Shown here piece by piece: positions 60,329 to 64,000 of a stretch of 64,000 nt of DNA. Both the position numbers and the translations under genes were made by a program. Each line of letters starts with the position of its first letter. Positions within the stretch are counted from its first letter, which is position 1. The stretch is taken from contig OZ240232.1 of assembly GCA_965197895.1 (NCBI GenBank), positions 228,211-292,210 on the forward strand, read 5' to 3'. Origin of the DNA: Candidatus Versatilivoraceae bacterium (lineage in GTDB: Bacteria > Acidobacteriota > Terriglobia > Versatilivoradales > Versatilivoraceae). The notes under the pieces are model-generated. The model did no database searches and was not told the DNA's origin. It was given only the letters and a program-made list of their open reading frames with translations.

Positions 60329-61411
60329 GTGCACCCGATCTTCAATGTAATTTCTGGCAAGGCTGGTATCGTGGATGCCAAAATGCCAGAGTTTGTCTTC
60401 AGTAACTTCTTATTGCGAGTTGTTGCACACGGTCGTGTTGTGAGCCCGCGCTACCTTTTTCTATTGCTTAGTGGCCACCTCACCCGCGAGCGTGTCAAAC
60501 GCATGGTTACAGGATCAACTTACCCCAATCTGCGAGTCGACGAATACACCTCCGCTCTCTTACCGATTCCACCCCTCTCTGAGCAAGCTGCCATTGTCCG
60601 TTACCTCGACCACGTGGACCGGCGGATTCAGCGCTACCTCAACGGCAAGCAAAAGCTCATCCGGTTGCTGGACGAACAGAATCAGGCCGTCATCCACCGC
60701 GCCGTCACCCGGGGCCTCGACCCCAACGTCCGCCTCAAGCCCTCCGGCGTCGAATGGCTGGGCGATGTGCCTGCGCATTGGGGAATTTCTCGGACAAAGA
60801 ATGAATTCCATTGCTGGAATCACCGGCGCGTGCCATTGAGTGCCAGCGAAAGAGGATTGATGAGCGTACGTCGATACGATTACTATGGAGCATCTGGCAC
60901 CGTAGACAAGGTTGAAGACTAACTGTTCGATAGCGAACTACTGCTTATCGCTGAGGATGGGGCAAATCTTATCCTCCGTAACTTACCACTGGCAATTATC
61001 GTTCGCGGGAAATTCTGGGTGAATAACCACGCACATGTCTTGAAACCGAAAAGAGGGAATCTCGAATATCTCGCGGCAGTTATGGAAAGGCTAAACTACA
61101 CCCCCTGGATTTCAGGTACTGCACAACCGAAGCTCACCCTAGACAGATTGATGAACATTGCCATCGCAGTGCCACCGAGAGCAGAACAAGATGACATTAT
61201 TGCCAAGGTGACAGCACAGACATCTCCACTGAGCACTACCATTGACCGTTCCCGTCACCAAATCGAGTTGTTGCGCGAATACCGCACCCGTTTGATCGCC
61301 GACGTGGTCACCGGCAAGCTGGACGTGCGCGCGGCGGCGGCGTTTACGGAGGAAGCTGAGGGAGACCCGGAACTTTATGATGAAGCCGAAAGGCCGGAAC
61401 CGCTTGACTAA
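60329..61411 (+). pseudogene. hsdS: type I R-M HsdS, 5'-truncated and carrying an in-frame TAA in the conserved DYLF motif
   Basis: The two track ORFs 60329..60922 and 61019..61411 are in the same frame. The sequence reads ...GTVDKVED-TAA-LFDSELLLIAEDGANL...KFWVNNHAHVL, where HsdS has Tyr at the stop position. The N-terminal TRD is only ~90 aa. Confidence 0.75.
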
Positions 61412-61443
61412 GCCGGTGGTCCCGTGGGAGAGATGGACTGATT

Positions 61444-62550
61444 ATGAGAAACAAGCTTCATGCAATAACGCTCAAGGGATTCAAGACCATTCAAGAGCTG
61501 GATGACTTCAAGCCTGGCTCCTTAACGGTACTCATTGGACCCAATGGCGCGGGCAAGTCCAACTTCATTTCTTTCTTTCGTATGATGAGTTGGATGCTGG
61601 CAGACCCAGACAATCTTCAATTTCACGTGGCGCAACATGGTGGAGCCAGCAAACTTTTGCACGACGGCTCGGACAGGACCCATGAGATTGAAGCCGAGTT
61701 AACGATTCGGACCGACGCCGGCGAGAACCAATATGCGTTCCGGCTGTTTTATGCAGCCGGGGATAGGTTGATTTTCGCTGATGAGCGTTACCGTTTTTCT
61801 CGCGATGATTACGACGGCATTGCACCTTGGCGAGAAACGGGTGCCGGGCACCGCGCTCCGCAACTCCTTGACAAGGCATCCGAGGACGATACTGCTCGCT
61901 TCATTCGAAACGTCCTAAGGAAAATAGTTTTATACCAATTTCACAACACGTCGGCCACAGCCCGCATCCGGAGCAAGTGGAGCGTGAACGACAACCGTTA
62001 CCTGAAGGAAGATGCGGCCAATATCGCTCCGCTCCTGCTTCGCCTCAGGGAGGAAGACGGCAGGTGTTACCAGCGGATTGTAGATACCGTCCGCCTGATC
62101 CTACCCTTCTTCTCGGATTTTGAACTGGAACCTGAGAACGGTCATCTGCTGCTTGCCTGGCGTGAACGAGACAGTGACCAGGTGTTCGATGTTTCGCAGG
62201 CGTCGGACGGCATGTTGCGGGTCATAGCGCTCGTCATGCTTCTCCTTCAACCGGAAGAGAACTTGCCGGACGTTTTGATTCTGGACGAGCCGGAGCTTGG
62301 ACTCCATCCCTACGCCATTACTGTGGTCGGTGGCCTGATACGGGCCGTGTCCACAAAGGTCCAGGTCATTGTCGCCACTCAGTCCACGGCGTTCGTCGAC
62401 TGCTTCGAGCCTGAGGACATCGTCGTTGTCGAGCGTGAAGGTCGAAAATCCATATTCCGACGGCTGGGTACCGAGGCTCTGGCAGAGTGGCTCAAAGACT
62501 ATACGCTTTCCGAGTTGTGGGAAAAGAACGTACTCGGGGGGCGACCGTAG
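61444..62550 (+). CDS. AAA_21/ABC-type ATPase (SMC-like, OLD/AbiL-type)
   Basis: Walker A GPNGAGKSNF. C-terminal LILDEPELGLHP (Walker B/D-loop) and VIVATQS. Confidence 0.85.
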   Translation: MRNKLHAITLKGFKTIQELDDFKPGSLTVLIGPNGAGKSNFISFFRMMSWMLADPDNLQFHVAQHGGASKLLHDGSDRTHEIEAELTIRTDAGENQYAFRLFYAAGDRLIFADERYRFSRDDYDGIAPWRETGAGHRAPQLLDKASEDDTARFIRNVLRKIVLYQFHNTSATARIRSKWSVNDNRYLKEDAANIAPLLLRLREEDGRCYQRIVDTVRLILPFFSDFELEPENGHLLLAWRERDSDQVFDVSQASDGMLRVIALVMLLLQPEENLPDVLILDEPELGLHPYAITVVGGLIRAVSTKVQVIVATQSTAFVDCFEPEDIVVVEREGRKSIFRRLGTEALAEWLKDYTLSELWEKNVLGGRP

Positions 62551-63227
62551 TGGCCGTAAGGTTACATTTCATCGTTGAAGGACAGACCGAAGAGACTTTC
62601 GTAAATCGGGCCTTGCGCCCACACTTGGCGAATCTGTCCATCTGGGTTAGAGCCCGGTGTGTGATGACGAGTCGTAGGCGCGGCGTCAGGCATCGCGGAG
62701 GTATCGGGAATTATGCGCAAGCGAAGAGAGACATCAATGCTTGGATGATGGAGGACCAGAACCCAGACGCACGCTTCACAACCATGTTTGATTTGTACGG
62801 GCTGCCGGCAGACTTTCCAAGTTACGAGAATGCTGTGAGAGTAAGCAATCCGTATGACCGCGTCAGGGCTTTGGAGCACGCCTTGAAGGAAGACATTTCT
62901 GATCCGCGATTCATTCCTTATCTTCAGCTTTACGAATTCGAGGCGCTATTGTTGTCCGATCCTCAGAAACTCGACTCGCAGTTTTACGATCATGGTGTCG
63001 GGATACAGAAACTTGTGGAGATAGCTTCTGGCTTCGAATCACCGGAGCACATCAATGACGGAATCAACACCGCCCCGTCGAAGCGAATTACTGATGCCAT
63101 ACCGGAATATGAAAGAATGAAGGCGTCCGCGGGTCCCATTGTGGCTGAGAAGATCGGATTGCCCACTCTGCGATTGCAATGTGAGCATTTCGGAGAATGG
63201 ATTGGTCAATTGGAGCGTCTGGGCTGA
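62550..63227 (+). CDS. DUF4276 family protein
   Basis: GTG at 62550 overlaps the ATPase TAG stop (taGTG). LHFIVEGQTEETFVNRAL...TTMFDLYGLPADFP matches the DUF4276 N-terminus. Confidence 0.8.
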   Translation: MAVRLHFIVEGQTEETFVNRALRPHLANLSIWVRARCVMTSRRRGVRHRGGIGNYAQAKRDINAWMMEDQNPDARFTTMFDLYGLPADFPSYENAVRVSNPYDRVRALEHALKEDISDPRFIPYLQLYEFEALLLSDPQKLDSQFYDHGVGIQKLVEIASGFESPEHINDGINTAPSKRITDAIPEYERMKASAGPIVAEKIGLPTLRLQCEHFGEWIGQLERLG

Positions 63228-63302
63228 GCAGTTCCGAGGCCAGGAAGCTTTCGTGCCGAATGGCATCATCGCGGTCGTCATACGCGTCGCGCCGCCGGCT
63301 CT

Positions 63303-64000
63303 GAGAGTCTTCGACTGAGGTGGTTCCGCTTTTTAGACAGCTGAACGGCAATTTTAAGGTGTATTCCTCAGTTGTGAGAATCTGCCGTTGGGGGACAGTA
63401 TAGCAGCAGTTGGGGGCGCTGGCGGAGGGAGGGCGGAGCCCGACCGGAGCCGGGGTCCGGTATGTCTCTTACCGACTTTCCCCTCTACCTTAAGCGGCCC
63501 GTAGCGCTTCTTTCGGCGTTCCCCCGCCCAGCGCCGAGTGAGGCCGCCTCCGGTTGTAAAACTCCAGCCATTCCCCGATCATCCGTTCGGCCTGGAATCC
63601 GTCCTCCGGTTCGGCCAAGTACACCGACTCGTACTTCAACGAGCGCCACAACCGCTCGATGAAGAGGTTGTCCATCCAGCGTCCCCGCCCGTCCATCGAC
63701 ACCTGTACGCCCATCTCCAGCAGGCGCCCCGTGAAGGCCTCGCTCGTCAACTGGCTGCCCTGGTCCGTGTTGAAGATCTCCGGCTTGCCGTAGCCCCCCA
63801 ACGCTGACTCCAACGCACTCACGCAGAACCCGCTGTCGAGCCTGTTCGACAGCTGCCACGCCAGCCCACAGCGGCTCGCCCAGTCCATCACTACCACCAG
63901 ATAGAGATACCCCCGCCTCATCGGAATGTAGGTGATGTCAGCACACCAGACCTGGTGGGGCCGTCTGATCTCCAGTCCCCTCAGCAGGTAGGGGTAGATC
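63303..64000 (-). mobile_element. IS3-family element, right part (continues beyond the window)
   Basis: OrfB DDE/rve domain 63490..64000 (DQGSQLTSEAF...YNRRRPHSALGGGTP). The terminal region 63303-63489 begins TGAGGTGG. Confidence 0.8.
63490..64000 (-). CDS. IS3-family transposase OrfB (integrase-core DDE), 5' part outside window
   Basis: rve-domain motifs; the ORF is open at 64000. Confidence 0.85.
   Translation of the reverse strand, partial: IYPYLLRGLEIRRPHQVWCADITYIPMRRGYLYLVVVMDWASRCGLAWQLSNRLDSGFCVSALESALGGYGKPEIFNTDQGSQLTSEAFTGRLLEMGVQVSMDGRGRWMDNLFIERLWRSLKYESVYLAEPEDGFQAERMIGEWLEFYNRRRPHSALGGGTPKEALRAA

Overview
This is a high-GC (~60-65%) bacterial chromosomal segment. Gene content points to an Acidobacteria-like organism: a TonB-dependent receptor with a CarboxypepD_reg-type N-domain, a DUF1553/DUF1549 cytochrome-c protein translationally coupled to a DUF1501 protein, and a large BNR/VPS10-type protein. 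About half the window is ordinary metabolism and transport. This includes a minus-strand operon (sugar-phosphate isomerase, RraA-like, NRAMP-like transporter, Ldh_2 dehydrogenase, PQQ-propeller), a PhyH dioxygenase, MscS, ChrA, an SSF transporter with its DUF4212 small subunit, an FGGY kinase, a cupin and a radical SAM enzyme. The other half is a dense mosaic of mobile-element material. It holds three copies or fragments of a small P4-type tyrosine-integrase element, IS3-family and IS5/IS4-family insertion sequences, and two MITE families, one of which carries an 864-nt ORF-less group II intron inside its terminal repeat. There is also a dispersed and tandemly arrayed ~490-bp repeat, arrays of CACGAAGG-like iterons, and a recurring 135-bp palindromic module with conserved arms and a variable centre. 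Three cargo-like islets are embedded in this debris. The first is a lower-GC two-gene module: a secreted S1 protease fused to ~13 HEAT-like repeats plus a small Rx4H (HEPN-like) protein. The second is a 1200-aa plant-type LRR protein with a novel duplicated C-terminal domain. The third is a decayed type I R-M locus (hsdM and hsdS remnants) re-populated with Fic, an AlbA_2 protein, VapBC and a translationally coupled AAA_21 ATPase + DUF4276 pair, ending in an IS3 element. All calls rest on reading the sequence and recognising motifs by eye; no database search or RNA covariance model was run. Coordinates of non-coding features are approximate (a few bp).
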